Virus record (IMG/VR): IMGVR_UViG_3300030328_003813 | Coordinates: 1-43,090 of that record | Direction: 5' to 3' (one strand) | Source of the DNA: a virus | Lineage: Duplodnaviria > Caudoviricetes | Length of the DNA: 43,090 nucleotides | Part shown: in pieces, positions 32,305 through 42,893 of the stretch | How positions within the stretch are numbered: position 1 is the stretch's first letter | How the letters are laid out: each line of letters opens with the position of its first letter | Notes under the pieces: generated by a model | Databases searched by the model: none | What the model saw: only the letters and a program-made list of their open reading frames with translations | What the model was told of the DNA's origin: nothing | Made by a program: the position numbers and the translations under genes

Positions 32305-33731
32305 TACCGCTGCCTGTTGTAAAGATTGCGTCTCTGGCCCCTGGAACCGCCCAATGCAGTTAATGATTGGCCGAATCTCTTTGTTTGTACCTGCTTTCGC
32401 TTTCGATCTGCAACCGCGTCCTCGGGCTGCGTCAGAGCGGCCAGGCGATTAAGCGCGGCACTGGAGGCGTCAACCTGGTCAGCCTGGCTCGATTCTGGAA
32501 ATGCAGATAGCTCGCCCAGAAATTCCTGGTTCCAGGCTGCTTTCACGATCCGTACGTTCCCGGCCTCCGCTTGGGCTGCCATCGGCTGCGCCCTGGTGAT
32601 CTTTGCCTGTCCTGGTAGCTTCACGCCGCCGACGTTCCTTTGAGCGGATCCGCTTGCCAGGTCACGATAGACAGGATAGCCGGCCAACATTTTGATCATC
32701 TGCTGCATGACCTCCTTGCCGCCGGATCCGCCTTCCTGCTCCGCGTAAATGAGCACCTCGCCACCAAACTCCTGGTGATCAGCTTCTGCCGTCTGCAGAA
32801 TCACGGTATCCCGATCAGCTGGCGACCATTGGCCGCGAACCACGTCCTCAATGTAGAAGATACCTCGCGGGCACCTGGCGACGCGTATTCCTGCCGTGTA
32901 CGAGCTGGTGCTGATCGTGCTGGCTGCTTTGTCCCAATAGCGGACTCGCAGCGCTTGCCTGGGGGCGAAATCTACGGGCTGGAACCACTCACGTCGGAAC
33001 ATGAGCCCGTCAATGTCAATGAATTGGCCGCCGAGCTCCTGGGCTGCCAGTAGTGGCGACAAGTCCTGGGCCATGCTGTCGAAGAAATCCGGTGGCAGAA
33101 ATGGATTGTCCGCTGTGCTCGCCTGGATCAATTTTACGCCTGGCTTCGGAACATACGGCACTCCCTGGATCACCTCAGCATTTGGCTCCGTGCCGTCTCC
33201 CCGTGAATAGCAGAGCTCGAAAGTCCAGTGGCTACGGCCACGCGGTGTCATCGTCAGGATCGTCGGCCCCATCACCCCGCCACGCCTTAGCGTTGCCCTG
33301 GCAATTCTCATTGCGTCGATCGGCTGATAGCTCGCCTCGTCGAGCCACAGTCCAGACTTGTTCGGCCCTCGTAATTTGTCCGGCTTTTCAGCTGAACGAA
33401 AAACGATCTGCGCTTCGCCGCCGTCTAGGGTTTCCCACCAGATACGCGGGTATGGGCTCATCACGCTCCGGTTCAAGCAATTCAGCTTTTCGCAATTCTC
33501 AATAAATGTCGGAACAGTCGTCTCCAGGCTGACGCCTGCGTCGGGCGATACCGCCATCCACTGGTCGCCATTCTTGGCCCTGGTGATGATGCGATAGCTG
33601 CCAATGAATGTCTTTCCACCACCACGCCCGCATACCATTGCCGTGATTGGCTCATTGCTTGCCAGGAAATCTGCCTGCACCTTGCTGATCGGCAAGACGG
33701 GCATCGCTTCGCCAGGAACCGGTGCGATCAC
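32304..33731 (-). CDS. terL: Terminase large subunit (475 aa)
   Basis: Walker A GRGGGKT, LRGPN...Walker B LWLDEA, TMTPRG, DNPFL, and nuclease-domain RYWDKA and DQVDA. Confidence 0.95.
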   Translation of the reverse strand: MIAPVPGEAMPVLPISKVQADFLASNEPITAMVCGRGGGKTFIGSYRIITRAKNGDQWMAVSPDAGVSLETTVPTFIENCEKLNCLNRSVMSPYPRIWWETLDGGEAQIVFRSAEKPDKLRGPNKSGLWLDEASYQPIDAMRIARATLRRGGVMGPTILTMTPRGRSHWTFELCYSRGDGTEPNAEVIQGVPYVPKPGVKLIQASTADNPFLPPDFFDSMAQDLSPLLAAQELGGQFIDIDGLMFRREWFQPVDFAPRQALRVRYWDKAASTISTSSYTAGIRVARCPRGIFYIEDVVRGQWSPADRDTVILQTAEADHQEFGGEVLIYAEQEGGSGGKEVMQQMIKMLAGYPVYRDLASGSAQRNVGGVKLPGQAKITRAQPMAAQAEAGNVRIVKAAWNQEFLGELSAFPESSQADQVDASSAALNRLAALTQPEDAVADRKRKQVQTKRFGQSLTALGGSRGQRRNLYNRQR

Positions 33732-34285
33732 TGGCCGGCCTCCAGTGTGATCGGCTGAACCGCGATCTTCTCCAGGTCTTGGTAATTCATTTGCTGCAGA
33801 GCATCGACTTCTCCCCTGGTATGCACGATGACCTCAATGAGACCACTTCTCGCCAATGGATCCACTTTGCCGCCGTCGTCTTTGTGAGCTGCAACGATGT
33901 TGCCGATGCTGGTGTTGGCCTTTTCTGCTAATGCCAGGAACCTGGGATCCCCTGGCAGATTGTCGGGCGATTTGCTGTCGCTGTACGCGCGGAAAGCCAG
34001 TGATAATATACGTCGCTGCGTCATCAGCACCGTCTCTACCAGATCCTGGTGCAATTCCGCACGCTCGAGTTTCCAGGCTTCGCGGCCACGGTCGATTGCC
34101 TTGTAAACCGTACGCTCGTTCATGTCGAGCTGCTGGCTTATCTCCTTAGTGGTGTAACCCTCCAGGTGCAGATCGAGCGCCTGGCAGTCACGCATCGCCG
34201 CTATCGTGGCAATGTCTTTCTGCCTCTGCCGTGAACGTCCCACTGGCTTCTTTGCCGCCTTTTTGGCGGCTTTCTTTTTGGCCAA
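33728..34285 (-). CDS. terS: Probable terminase small subunit (185 aa)
   Basis: N-terminal HTH GYTTKEISQQLDMNERTVYKAI; ATGA overlap with terL; AGGAG SD. Confidence 0.75.
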   Translation of the reverse strand: MAKKKAAKKAAKKPVGRSRQRQKDIATIAAMRDCQALDLHLEGYTTKEISQQLDMNERTVYKAIDRGREAWKLERAELHQDLVETVLMTQRRILSLAFRAYSDSKSPDNLPGDPRFLALAEKANTSIGNIVAAHKDDGGKVDPLARSGLIEVIVHTRGEVDALQQMNYQDLEKIAVQPITLEAGQ

Positions 34286-34295
34286 AACGTCGCTC

Positions 34296-35333
34296 CTATT
34301 CTGCTTCTGCAGCTGCCTCGCGTTCGATCGCGGCCATGATCTGCGCCACGGAACCTGGTTTTGCTCTGTCTGGGTATTGCTCTTTCAGCCCCGCAACAAT
34401 CTGCTGCTTGCTGCATCCGTCGAATGCCATCTGCCGCACCTGCTCCCGATAATTGTTCAGGTCGGGATAGCTGTCTACGTTGGCTGCCGCGTTCCCTGGA
34501 TCCTCTGCATACGCCTTCGCGTCCGCTAGTTTTTCGTTGGCTGCTATTCGCACTCGCTGTAGGTGCAGTTCCGGCGTAACAGCTGGTGGCGGAACCTGCC
34601 CATCGACAAGCAATCCGTTTTCCCTGGCGTAGTCAATGACTGTCTGCTGGTCCAGGTTTTTCATCCTGGCAATCTGCCTGCTCGGCACGTTTTGATGCAG
34701 AAGCATGTCCAGGCTCTCAGGAGCAATCACGGGCTCAGACGGCAAAGACTTCACTGGCTCGGTAATCTTCTGCTGCACTCGTGAGCTGCGGGCTTCCCAT
34801 AGCTCGGCGTCGGCTTTGACTTGCCTGTTCCAGTGCGGGCTGACGACTGGATCTTTTCCTTTGCCAGCCTCCAGGTCTGCCAGGACACGCCTGGCGTCGG
34901 GCTGTCCGAACTCGTCTTTCCACTCGTAAATTTTTGCGATCTGCGATGGGCTGCATTTCTGCACCCTGGTGAGGTACTCGATCGTCTCGAGCATTAGCGG
35001 CTGTGGCTTCCGGCTTGCCAGGGTTACACACTCTTTCCATGCTCGCCATACTTCATCGGTTCCGCCTGGATTAGATTTGTGATCGTCGCGGAATCGGTCC
35101 ACTTCGTCGATCCAGGCGTCGAGTGCCATCACAAGCCGATAGGCAAGTGGCTCAATCTCAGGACCAGACACAAAATCGTAGAGCTCAGACCAGCAGCGAT
35201 CGAGCCTGGCCGAAACTGCTCGGACCTCCCGCATCTCGTATTCCACCATTGGCGTCTGGTCGTCGTTTTCCCAGGTAACCGCCTCTTTCTCGGTGGCATT
35301 TACTTTCGCTGCAATTTCGTCCCAAGTCCTCAT
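34296..35333 (-). CDS. Hypothetical protein with three HTH-like repeats (345 aa)
   Basis: CSPSQIAKIY, VPSRQIARMK and CSKQQIVAGL segments; upstream of terS. Confidence 0.6.
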   Translation of the reverse strand: MRTWDEIAAKVNATEKEAVTWENDDQTPMVEYEMREVRAVSARLDRCWSELYDFVSGPEIEPLAYRLVMALDAWIDEVDRFRDDHKSNPGGTDEVWRAWKECVTLASRKPQPLMLETIEYLTRVQKCSPSQIAKIYEWKDEFGQPDARRVLADLEAGKGKDPVVSPHWNRQVKADAELWEARSSRVQQKITEPVKSLPSEPVIAPESLDMLLHQNVPSRQIARMKNLDQQTVIDYARENGLLVDGQVPPPAVTPELHLQRVRIAANEKLADAKAYAEDPGNAAANVDSYPDLNNYREQVRQMAFDGCSKQQIVAGLKEQYPDRAKPGSVAQIMAAIEREAAAEAE

Positions 35334-35351
35334 AGTAACCCCTTTCAGGTT

Positions 35352-35780
35352 TTACGCCCTGGTAATACCAGTAGCGTTTAACGTCAGATTGAGCAGCGCA
35401 TCCGATTGCGCATACCCCACAATGGTCAATTCAGCACCCACTGCCAGATCGGCTTCGGGTGCAATTCCTCCAGCATTGGCTGACGACAAAACCAGCACGG
35501 TGCCGGCTGTCATCACGCCCGTTCCCAGGTTGATTATAGCGTTGCTTCTGGCAATTACGCCCTGCTGGTCGGTGTCGCCACTTGCCATCGCAATGGCGGC
35601 CTGGCCAGTGTTGCCTGGTTTCGACGAGTCGTTGCTGTCGGTCAGGTAGAATTTCTGATCGGTCGAGCTCTGATATACAGCCTGGCCAGCTGTAATTGGC
35701 TCGCCATACTGCACGGCGCGATAGGTTCCAGTGTTGCCGGCTCGCTCCACGTCGGTCTGTGTAATGATCAAATCAGCCAT
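35352..35780 (-). CDS. Small virion structural protein, cement/decoration-like (142 aa)
   Basis: MADL.IT...GEPITAGQAVY...AIA...AG.V.VLS..AGGIAP.ADL pattern; Gly/Ala/Thr-rich. Confidence 0.6.
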   Translation of the reverse strand: MADLIITQTDVERAGNTGTYRAVQYGEPITAGQAVYQSSTDQKFYLTDSNDSSKPGNTGQAAIAMASGDTDQQGVIARSNAIINLGTGVMTAGTVLVLSSANAGGIAPEADLAVGAELTIVGYAQSDALLNLTLNATGITRA

Positions 35781-38700
35781 TGGCTCGCATCCTGTTAGTG
35801 AAATCGCGTAGGTTTGTGGCTATCGCTTCTACGCTGGTACTTTGCTGAAATGCCCGCTTTTGTTTTGAATATAGCGTACTCGCGATGAGCTCCAGTTGCC
35901 TGTCCGTAGGCTCGCCCTCGCGATGCTCCCATCTGCTGATCACCGGCACGACATCCTTTTTGCACCCGCATCCCTTGAATAGCGCAGGATACTCTGCAAC
36001 AAACGCATCGCCCCATCCCTGGGGCTTTGCGGCTGTTTTGGGTTCCGGCGGCGGTGCATTCAGTTCCGCGTTGTGGAATGTCGAGCCGACGGTATGCACG
36101 CCCATTGACGCCAGCACTGCCGCCTCGTTGCCTCCTGCCCTGCCCTCCACATCACAGCACGTCACGCCAAACGTAACAGTGTCCCAGCTTGATCCACCGC
36201 CCTGGTCTGGAAAGTCTGGCTCGATTCCGCAACCTTGATTGTTTCCGTATGTTGCCTGGCAGCTGTTGGGAACGTCAGCTCCAATTTCCGTTGGCATCGT
36301 CATGCCGAGTACCACAGGCGCTGACCAGGTAAAGGTAAGTGCAGCACGATTGTTTTGCGCGCACTGCATAATGTTTGACGGGTTAATTAAACAAACCTCT
36401 GCCGTGACCGTTTGCGTTGCCCCGCTGAGCGGGTTAGTCATTTGTATAGACAGGTTCTGGCAACAATCGTTTTGGCTGCTTGTCCATACGTCCGACCCTT
36501 GGACAAACTCCACGCGATCACCGTTAGTAAGCGTTCCCGAAATGTCGGCAATCGAAAACTCGTAGCCGTATGGGCAATTATCTAGGCACGAATCACATTC
36601 GACACATTCTGTACCACATGGCCCGCATGGAAAAGTAACGTAGGTTGGTTCGCCTGGTGCCGGTGTGTTGGTTGGCATATTGCCAGTGCAGCAGCAGTCG
36701 TCATATTCCGGCGGACAGGTTTTTACTGCTGCCCAGCCTTCTCCTTGTGTGTACTGGTATGCGCAAATATGTTCATCGCAATCACACTCAGCGCAAATGT
36801 TGACGCACTCTGCCTCTACATAGGCTGTGCTGCATACCTCGATGTCCCATGTGTTAAAGCATATATCGTTACCCAGCCTGAACGCATCGCTAACGACCCT
36901 CTGGGTAACCGTCTGCAGGCTCGCGCTGCCCACTGTAGGCTGGCTTCCACAGGCAAACGCTTTTATGTTCTGCTCGGCAAAACTAAACGTGCAGCCCAGG
37001 TCACCGGCAAAGCTATTCATAATCGCCAGGTCATCCGGAGGCCCAAGCATCGCGGAGTTAGTTGCAACAATGTGATACTCGTGTGTCGTTTCGTCGAACA
37101 CAGCAAACGCGTCGTCACCGTCCTCCAGGCAATCGCATCCAGCGAGCAAACTGCAACTAATCGTTGGTTCACAATCACCCAGGACAGTTGGTGCTGTCGG
37201 GTCTTGCCCATGCCAATACCTAACAAGCTCGAATCCGTCCCAGGTGCCGCCCTTTCTGACATGCACAAATCGGGCAAATTGACCGTGGTCGTCATTCCGG
37301 ATCTCGTAGACCGATTCCACGATCCACTTTTCGCTATTAGAGTTCACGCCCCCGTTGTGCGGCGTTGTCACATTGGTGGGCAGCGACGAAACAGATTTGT
37401 GCGTGTCTCTGCGGATCCGCAACCGTGATCCGCTGAGTGCAGTCAAGCGGTACGGATTTTCGATTGGGATTTTCCAGCAATATCCTTCGCTTTCGTCGCC
37501 GTCGTCAACAACTTCCGGTGGAAAGTCCACAGCCGGATATGCCGAGCGAATCCACTGGTCCGTTTGGTCGAAATGCCCCCATCCAGTCCAGGTTGTGCCG
37601 TCTGGAGCGTCGGCTTTCATGCAATCCTCCAGGTACACGTCCATCTGGTCGATTGATCGCGAGCACGTTTCAACTTCCCACCGCGTCACTTCTTCGGGGT
37701 TGTTGTCACTCGTTGCTGGCGTTCGCAAATATGCCGTTCCGGTGCTCCCGCCGATATACTCATCCCCAAAACAATTCGTAACCGTTTGGTACGCCGAAAA
37801 AACAACATCGGCAAACAAATTGTTAGGGTCATGCACCTCAATTTCGTCGTCCACGGCTACAGCGCTGCCGTCGCCATTCCTGACCTGGGTGACAATGACG
37901 TTCCAAATTCCACTTCGCTGGTAGCCTACGGGATTCTTTGCTCGAAATCTGATCCAGGGTGTCTGCCCGCTGCCGGCTGGGCCTGGCTCGCCTTGGACCA
38001 CAAACCAACCGTCCTCGCTCTGGTAATAACAGGACAGCGTTGAGCCGCCTGGAATTGCTTGGCTTGCTGCCGCGTTAAGGTGAACGGCTACTGGATTTGG
38101 CGTCCCGTTGTAGGGAGTATCCAGGTCGATAATTTCCCCGGTGCCTTCGGTCGCTCCTTGCGGGATGCCTGAGCTGTTCAAAATGATCCGTGCAAGCTCT
38201 TGCGGGTGCCGGTACAGACCAGGACTTTGGCTCAGATTGACGATCGGATGCTGGTTAGGTTTCCGCGTCTGGTACGTCGTCATCACTTCGGGTATCGAAT
38301 TACTGCAATCTAATTTGACGTGCATGTAATCGGTGAACCCATTGGACTCTAACTGCCGCGATGCGTCGGGCACGCCTGCGATCGTGAAGTTGTATGAGTA
38401 GGCGTCCCAGGCTGCATGATCCGACCTGATTTGCTCCGCGAGCGAGTCGCGAGCGGTTTCCGACGCTGAATCCACCACCTCGTCGTAAAATTCCAGGAAG
38501 AAAGTGCTGACAACATGCTCCTCCTCGCTCGTGATCGGAGCTGTTGGCGAGGGATTTTGGACTCTCTTATCGTCCCAGGTTTCGTTATCGTAGTGATCGT
38601 TCAGCCGCCTGTGCGATAGCGTCAGGTACTCTGCTTCCGACGCTGGGGCGTTGTCCTCTGTCCCAAAAATCAGTGATTCCGGCCAGGTTGTTAGGTCTGC

Positions 38701-39531
38701 AGCTGCCTCACTTGCTGCCTGGAATGTAATGTCACTGCGACCATATCCTGCAACCTTTTCTTCCAGCACGGCTCGCATACCGATAGAATGCGCAATGTGA
38801 TCAATCGCGTATGCCAGGCTGCGTCTTGCGGAAAAGTAGCCTGGATCTGGCTGCAGATAAGCAGCGTTGATCGGAGCGGTGAGCGAGTTAATTGTCTGCG
38901 GTAACTGATGGTTAATCGCGTCAATCAGCTGCTGCCAGGTCGTTGTGCTATCAACCGCACTATCATTTGAAGTCGGCACGTCGTAAGGATCAAACGTCTC
39001 GTACAGCAAGTGATAGCGATAATCCACAACAGGCACGATCCACAGTTGCCGGGTTGTGACTGACGAGTCCACCTGAATCGGTGGCAGCATCCATACCTGA
39101 GTCGTCCACTCGTCGTCTGCAGCATCGTTCATTGCCAGGTTGAGCGGGCGCATTGATCGCTGCGTTGCCGGCCAATCTCCTGTACCGTCCCAGGTAATAT
39201 CCCAGGCAGCGAGTACCATCGTCTGAATGTTAGCCTTGTCAACCAGGAACAGCCCGCGACCGAATCGTGATACCCCGGTTGGAAAAATATATTCATTGAT
39301 TCCGACCGGCGGGAGCTCCGCCATTCGCGGCCTGGAATGCACAACCGGCTCGGCGTCGATGATTGCCTGGACATAATCATCCTCTACCGATTTGGCGAAA
39401 GGGTATTCATCGTCCTTAAATCGTGTTTTGAGATAGTCTGCTACCTGGTTTTCGTAATCCATGCAGACCGGCATGTGGACGTTCAGCGTCTGGGTCGTGT
39501 TGCCATAAAAATATATCTGGCTTTTACTCAT
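35773..39531 (-). CDS. Large tail-tip/baseplate protein with cysteine-rich C-terminal region (about 1252 aa)
   Basis: Probable start MSKSQIY at 39531; downstream of the tape-measure-like gene; clusters such as CVNICAECDCDEHIC, DDCCCTG, CGPCGTECVECDSCLDNC and GCGCKK. Confidence 0.6.
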   Translation of the reverse strand: MSKSQIYFYGNTTQTLNVHMPVCMDYENQVADYLKTRFKDDEYPFAKSVEDDYVQAIIDAEPVVHSRPRMAELPPVGINEYIFPTGVSRFGRGLFLVDKANIQTMVLAAWDITWDGTGDWPATQRSMRPLNLAMNDAADDEWTTQVWMLPPIQVDSSVTTRQLWIVPVVDYRYHLLYETFDPYDVPTSNDSAVDSTTTWQQLIDAINHQLPQTINSLTAPINAAYLQPDPGYFSARRSLAYAIDHIAHSIGMRAVLEEKVAGYGRSDITFQAASEAAADLTTWPESLIFGTEDNAPASEAEYLTLSHRRLNDHYDNETWDDKRVQNPSPTAPITSEEEHVVSTFFLEFYDEVVDSASETARDSLAEQIRSDHAAWDAYSYNFTIAGVPDASRQLESNGFTDYMHVKLDCSNSIPEVMTTYQTRKPNQHPIVNLSQSPGLYRHPQELARIILNSSGIPQGATEGTGEIIDLDTPYNGTPNPVAVHLNAAASQAIPGGSTLSCYYQSEDGWFVVQGEPGPAGSGQTPWIRFRAKNPVGYQRSGIWNVIVTQVRNGDGSAVAVDDEIEVHDPNNLFADVVFSAYQTVTNCFGDEYIGGSTGTAYLRTPATSDNNPEEVTRWEVETCSRSIDQMDVYLEDCMKADAPDGTTWTGWGHFDQTDQWIRSAYPAVDFPPEVVDDGDESEGYCWKIPIENPYRLTALSGSRLRIRRDTHKSVSSLPTNVTTPHNGGVNSNSEKWIVESVYEIRNDDHGQFARFVHVRKGGTWDGFELVRYWHGQDPTAPTVLGDCEPTISCSLLAGCDCLEDGDDAFAVFDETTHEYHIVATNSAMLGPPDDLAIMNSFAGDLGCTFSFAEQNIKAFACGSQPTVGSASLQTVTQRVVSDAFRLGNDICFNTWDIEVCSTAYVEAECVNICAECDCDEHICAYQYTQGEGWAAVKTCPPEYDDCCCTGNMPTNTPAPGEPTYVTFPCGPCGTECVECDSCLDNCPYGYEFSIADISGTLTNGDRVEFVQGSDVWTSSQNDCCQNLSIQMTNPLSGATQTVTAEVCLINPSNIMQCAQNNRAALTFTWSAPVVLGMTMPTEIGADVPNSCQATYGNNQGCGIEPDFPDQGGGSSWDTVTFGVTCCDVEGRAGGNEAAVLASMGVHTVGSTFHNAELNAPPPEPKTAAKPQGWGDAFVAEYPALFKGCGCKKDVVPVISRWEHREGEPTDRQLELIASTLYSKQKRAFQQSTSVEAIATNLRDFTNRMRANG

Positions 39532-40081
39532 TTTGTGGCACCTCGAGCGGTGGCAATCCCCAGTCAAACGGAGTGTTGAACGTCATCGACATGCCCATGA
39601 ATTGGTACTGTCCAACCTGGGTGAAACCTGGCGGATCCGCGTACCGAATTGACAGCTGCTCACGCAACAGCCATCGAGTCATATCTAGCTGCTGGTCGTA
39701 AATTGAAAGGTCGTAATCTGCCTCCAGCAGAGCTCGAAGAATATCCCACTTGCGTTGCAGCAGCCCGTCCTCCTGGGATAACAGGGCCACCATTGCCTCA
39801 CGCGGCTTGTCTCGCACCTGGCGAACCATCGGCGTCACCACCGTCGTCGCGTTTTCTGTCAGTGTATTGAAGCCGGATCCTGCGAACATATTTTCGACGA
39901 ACTGGCCGGTTCCTGGTGAGATTGTGCAAGCCTCGCGACCGATTGGCAATTCAACCGGTATGGGCTGATCCAGGATGAAGCAGTTACCAGGCGTGTAGGC
40001 CGGAACCGCCTCGATGAGCCGATCGCGTATCGCCTCGAGCACTTCCATTTGTGTCGCGTACTTGCGGGTGTTTTTGGTCAT
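39524..40081 (-). CDS. Putative tail completion/terminator-like protein (185 aa)
   Basis: EVLEAIRDRL N-terminal helix, size and C-terminal beta strand resemble tail terminators; positional support. Confidence 0.45.
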   Translation of the reverse strand: MTKNTRKYATQMEVLEAIRDRLIEAVPAYTPGNCFILDQPIPVELPIGREACTISPGTGQFVENMFAGSGFNTLTENATTVVTPMVRQVRDKPREAMVALLSQEDGLLQRKWDILRALLEADYDLSIYDQQLDMTRWLLREQLSIRYADPPGFTQVGQYQFMGMSMTFNTPFDWGLPPLEVPQNE

Positions 40082-42036
40082 TCGTTAGTTCCGCTGTTGA
40101 TTACTCGATCCTCGTCGTCGCTGATCGTTGAATATGCGATCGTCGCGTTCGTGTCCGTGGCCGGAACTATGTCGATCGGCAGAGCTCCTGGATTTAGCTC
40201 AGCATCCAATGGCAATCGCTTGTTGCCACCGTAGATCAGTCGCAGCGCAATTCCATACGATTTTGTGCTACCGTCAGCCGTGATCTCTGGCGGCCTAATC
40301 GTCGGGGTGAAATGCAGTAGCGAAAAGGTGATTCCGTTTTCATCCTGGATGGTATCGTTGATCGCTGGCATGAGCGGGTGCAATCCTGTCCGCACTGCTT
40401 CGATCTCGTAAATCAGTCGCGTGCAGCCCGTATTCACCTGGAGTATTGCAGCTGTAACTTCGTCGGCCATCTCGATCGAATACGGTAAATGTAATCGCCC
40501 CATGCCGGTCTCCCAGGTCGCGGCGATCGTGTAGTGCGTGTAGGGATAGCGCACCACATCGTACTTTGCCTGGACGTTGCTTCCTGGATACTTGTCCCAG
40601 GTTGTGTCGTCGATCGTCAACGGTTCGGGTTCTGGGTACTCCCAGCTGTCTGGTGGATACGCCGGCACTTCTTGAGGTCGATCATTCCTGGATGGCTGCT
40701 CCTGCTGAATGCCAGGCATACCGTGCCATTGGCTGCACGGGTGTTGAAGGTAGCAAGCCAGCTGCCCTGCTGGTGTTTCGCTGTCATACGTCAATGGCTT
40801 TGGCCATATCACTGGATCGTAACCGTCGATGCCGTCTGGACCTGTCAGGTTGCCCCCTCTACCGCCGGCCATCGTGTTGACACGCATGGACAGCCAGGTG
40901 TAATCCGTTGTGGTGTACTGGACGCTGGCCCGCATGGTGATCCTGGGTAAGTGCAGCTGATCAATAATGGCCATTTCTTTCAGGACCGATTGGTGCTCTG
41001 ATTCTTGCGGCTCGTTCTGAATGTCGCGGATCCGCTTCGTGAGCACATTGCCGGCTGCTGCAATCAAGTCCTTTTTGTCTACATCCTGGTTGCCCGTCAG
41101 CGTGATCTCAAAGTTGGCTACCTGGTTAGCTCCCTGCGCCGTCGTGCTCTCAGTATGCGTGGCTTCCCACTCCACAGCTGGAGCTGGTGGTGCCGCGTAT
41201 CTCTGTCGATCGACGATCTGATACTTCAATACCGTATTGGTTGGATCGCTAACGAATTGCTGCGACTCTCGCTGGTATCCCTGCATCAGTGGCGGAAACA
41301 CTGCCGACCGATAATCCTGGGCGAAAAAGTCCGCATGTCGCGTTCGCAGCGTGCCGCTGATCGTCCGAATCGTGGCCCAGTTTGCGTCTTTAGATTCCGA
41401 AATAGACCAGCGGTTGTTCAGGATCTCGCCTAGTTCCGCGTCGGGTAGCAAAGTGTAATCATCGACCGGCTTCTGCTCGTCATACTCGACACACAGAGAC
41501 CTGGCGATTTTGAACGTCGCGGACACTCGCATGGCTTTGCCGCCGAATATCTGTTCAATGGCCACATCTTCAACCTGCGGCCCATTCTCCACGTCGATCA
41601 CCTGGAACCGCGACGTGCTGCCCTGGCCGGCGAACCGAGGGCTCCTGTAAATGGTGGTGTCCCCCGCAACTTCCAGGGATCCTGCAGCTATCAGCAAAGT
41701 ATCCTCGCGATCCTCCGCATCGAGCCCCGGCGTCTGGCCGCCGCAAATTAGCCAGAAGTCCTTGCGATTCTCGGACAGAGCTCGAGCCACCTGGTCCAGC
41801 GAGTCCACCACATTATCGCCCTGGACCGGGACTGAAATGAAAGCGTTGCGAGGTGCGTTGGGATCCACGCCGAGCGGCACGTCCTGGTAAGCCGCCTCGA
41901 CCAGCGTACTTTCCACCGTCACCATGAACCGGGAATACATAACATCAGTATTCGACTCGTCTCGCAGGACAGTCTGCTGGAATCGCTTAACGACGCAATC
42001 TTTCAGCACAATGTTGTTGTAATACAAGCTAATCAT
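40078..42036 (-). CDS. Putative tail structural protein (652 aa)
   Basis: ATGA-coupled to the tape-measure-like gene; repeated beta-strand patterns; no family recognised. Confidence 0.55.
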   Translation of the reverse strand: MISLYYNNIVLKDCVVKRFQQTVLRDESNTDVMYSRFMVTVESTLVEAAYQDVPLGVDPNAPRNAFISVPVQGDNVVDSLDQVARALSENRKDFWLICGGQTPGLDAEDREDTLLIAAGSLEVAGDTTIYRSPRFAGQGSTSRFQVIDVENGPQVEDVAIEQIFGGKAMRVSATFKIARSLCVEYDEQKPVDDYTLLPDAELGEILNNRWSISESKDANWATIRTISGTLRTRHADFFAQDYRSAVFPPLMQGYQRESQQFVSDPTNTVLKYQIVDRQRYAAPPAPAVEWEATHTESTTAQGANQVANFEITLTGNQDVDKKDLIAAAGNVLTKRIRDIQNEPQESEHQSVLKEMAIIDQLHLPRITMRASVQYTTTDYTWLSMRVNTMAGGRGGNLTGPDGIDGYDPVIWPKPLTYDSETPAGQLACYLQHPCSQWHGMPGIQQEQPSRNDRPQEVPAYPPDSWEYPEPEPLTIDDTTWDKYPGSNVQAKYDVVRYPYTHYTIAATWETGMGRLHLPYSIEMADEVTAAILQVNTGCTRLIYEIEAVRTGLHPLMPAINDTIQDENGITFSLLHFTPTIRPPEITADGSTKSYGIALRLIYGGNKRLPLDAELNPGALPIDIVPATDTNATIAYSTISDDEDRVINSGTNE

Positions 42037-42893
42037 GGTCCGAATATCCTGTTCCTGTCTGCGTCAGTCATCAGTGGGTGATTGCCTGGATTCATGTACG
42101 TCGTGCCGGTGCCGTCAAACTTGCCGTCTGACACATCACTCAGAAATGCTCGAGCAGCCAGCAGCTCGCGATCCGTGGAAGCACTGCCGCCTGGAATTAG
42201 ACTCGCCAGGTAGTCCATGCTTTTCGTCACTGCCGTAAGACCTGGAACGATGTAGCTGAGCAAATAGTTCCTGAGCTCTGACAATCCAGCAAGCAGCTCA
42301 ATACCAGCTGACTGCAGTGGCACCGTCACCTCTGTCATCATGTCGCGGTATTCCTGGTTAGCCTCATCGAGCCTGGCGTATTCTGGCCCAATGCCCTGGC
42401 CCTGGATAATATCACGCTCGATCTGCCTGGCTTGGGCGAGACCGACGGCTGCCGCTATCTCCCCGTTCCACTCCGCGAGCCTGGCGTTGGCCTGGAGTGT
42501 CCGATTGGTGAATCCCGTGATCGCTACCTGGGCACCGACAACCGCCGTGGTCATGGCTCCAATAGCCTGGCCAGCTCTCATTGCTGGCGACGTTCGCGGA
42601 TCAGCGTCTGGATCCGCTGTATTGCCGGCTCCAGCTGTTCCTGGGGGAGCTCCGTTGTCCAGAATCGCTTGCAATAGGTCGGCTTGCGCCGGGTCCACGT
42701 TCTCGCTGTCAGCGATGCCGGTGCGGTTTCTGCCTGCTGCATTCTGCGGCTCAACGGGCTGACTCTGTGGCCTATTATCCGGCTCTCCAGCTGCCTCGGG
42801 CTGCTTTCCGCTGGCCAGAATGGATGCCAGTTGTTGGCTTCCCGGCTGCTCATTACGGTCGTCAGCAGTGTCTTTTGGTGGCGTATTGCTCAT
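42033..42893 (-). CDS. Short tape-measure-like protein (286 aa)
   Basis: Directly follows the frameshifted chaperone (ATGA overlap); Ala/Gly/Leu-rich amphipathic helices after about 100 aa of disordered N-terminus. Confidence 0.5.
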   Translation of the reverse strand: MSNTPPKDTADDRNEQPGSQQLASILASGKQPEAAGEPDNRPQSQPVEPQNAAGRNRTGIADSENVDPAQADLLQAILDNGAPPGTAGAGNTADPDADPRTSPAMRAGQAIGAMTTAVVGAQVAITGFTNRTLQANARLAEWNGEIAAAVGLAQARQIERDIIQGQGIGPEYARLDEANQEYRDMMTEVTVPLQSAGIELLAGLSELRNYLLSYIVPGLTAVTKSMDYLASLIPGGSASTDRELLAARAFLSDVSDGKFDGTGTTYMNPGNHPLMTDADRNRIFGP

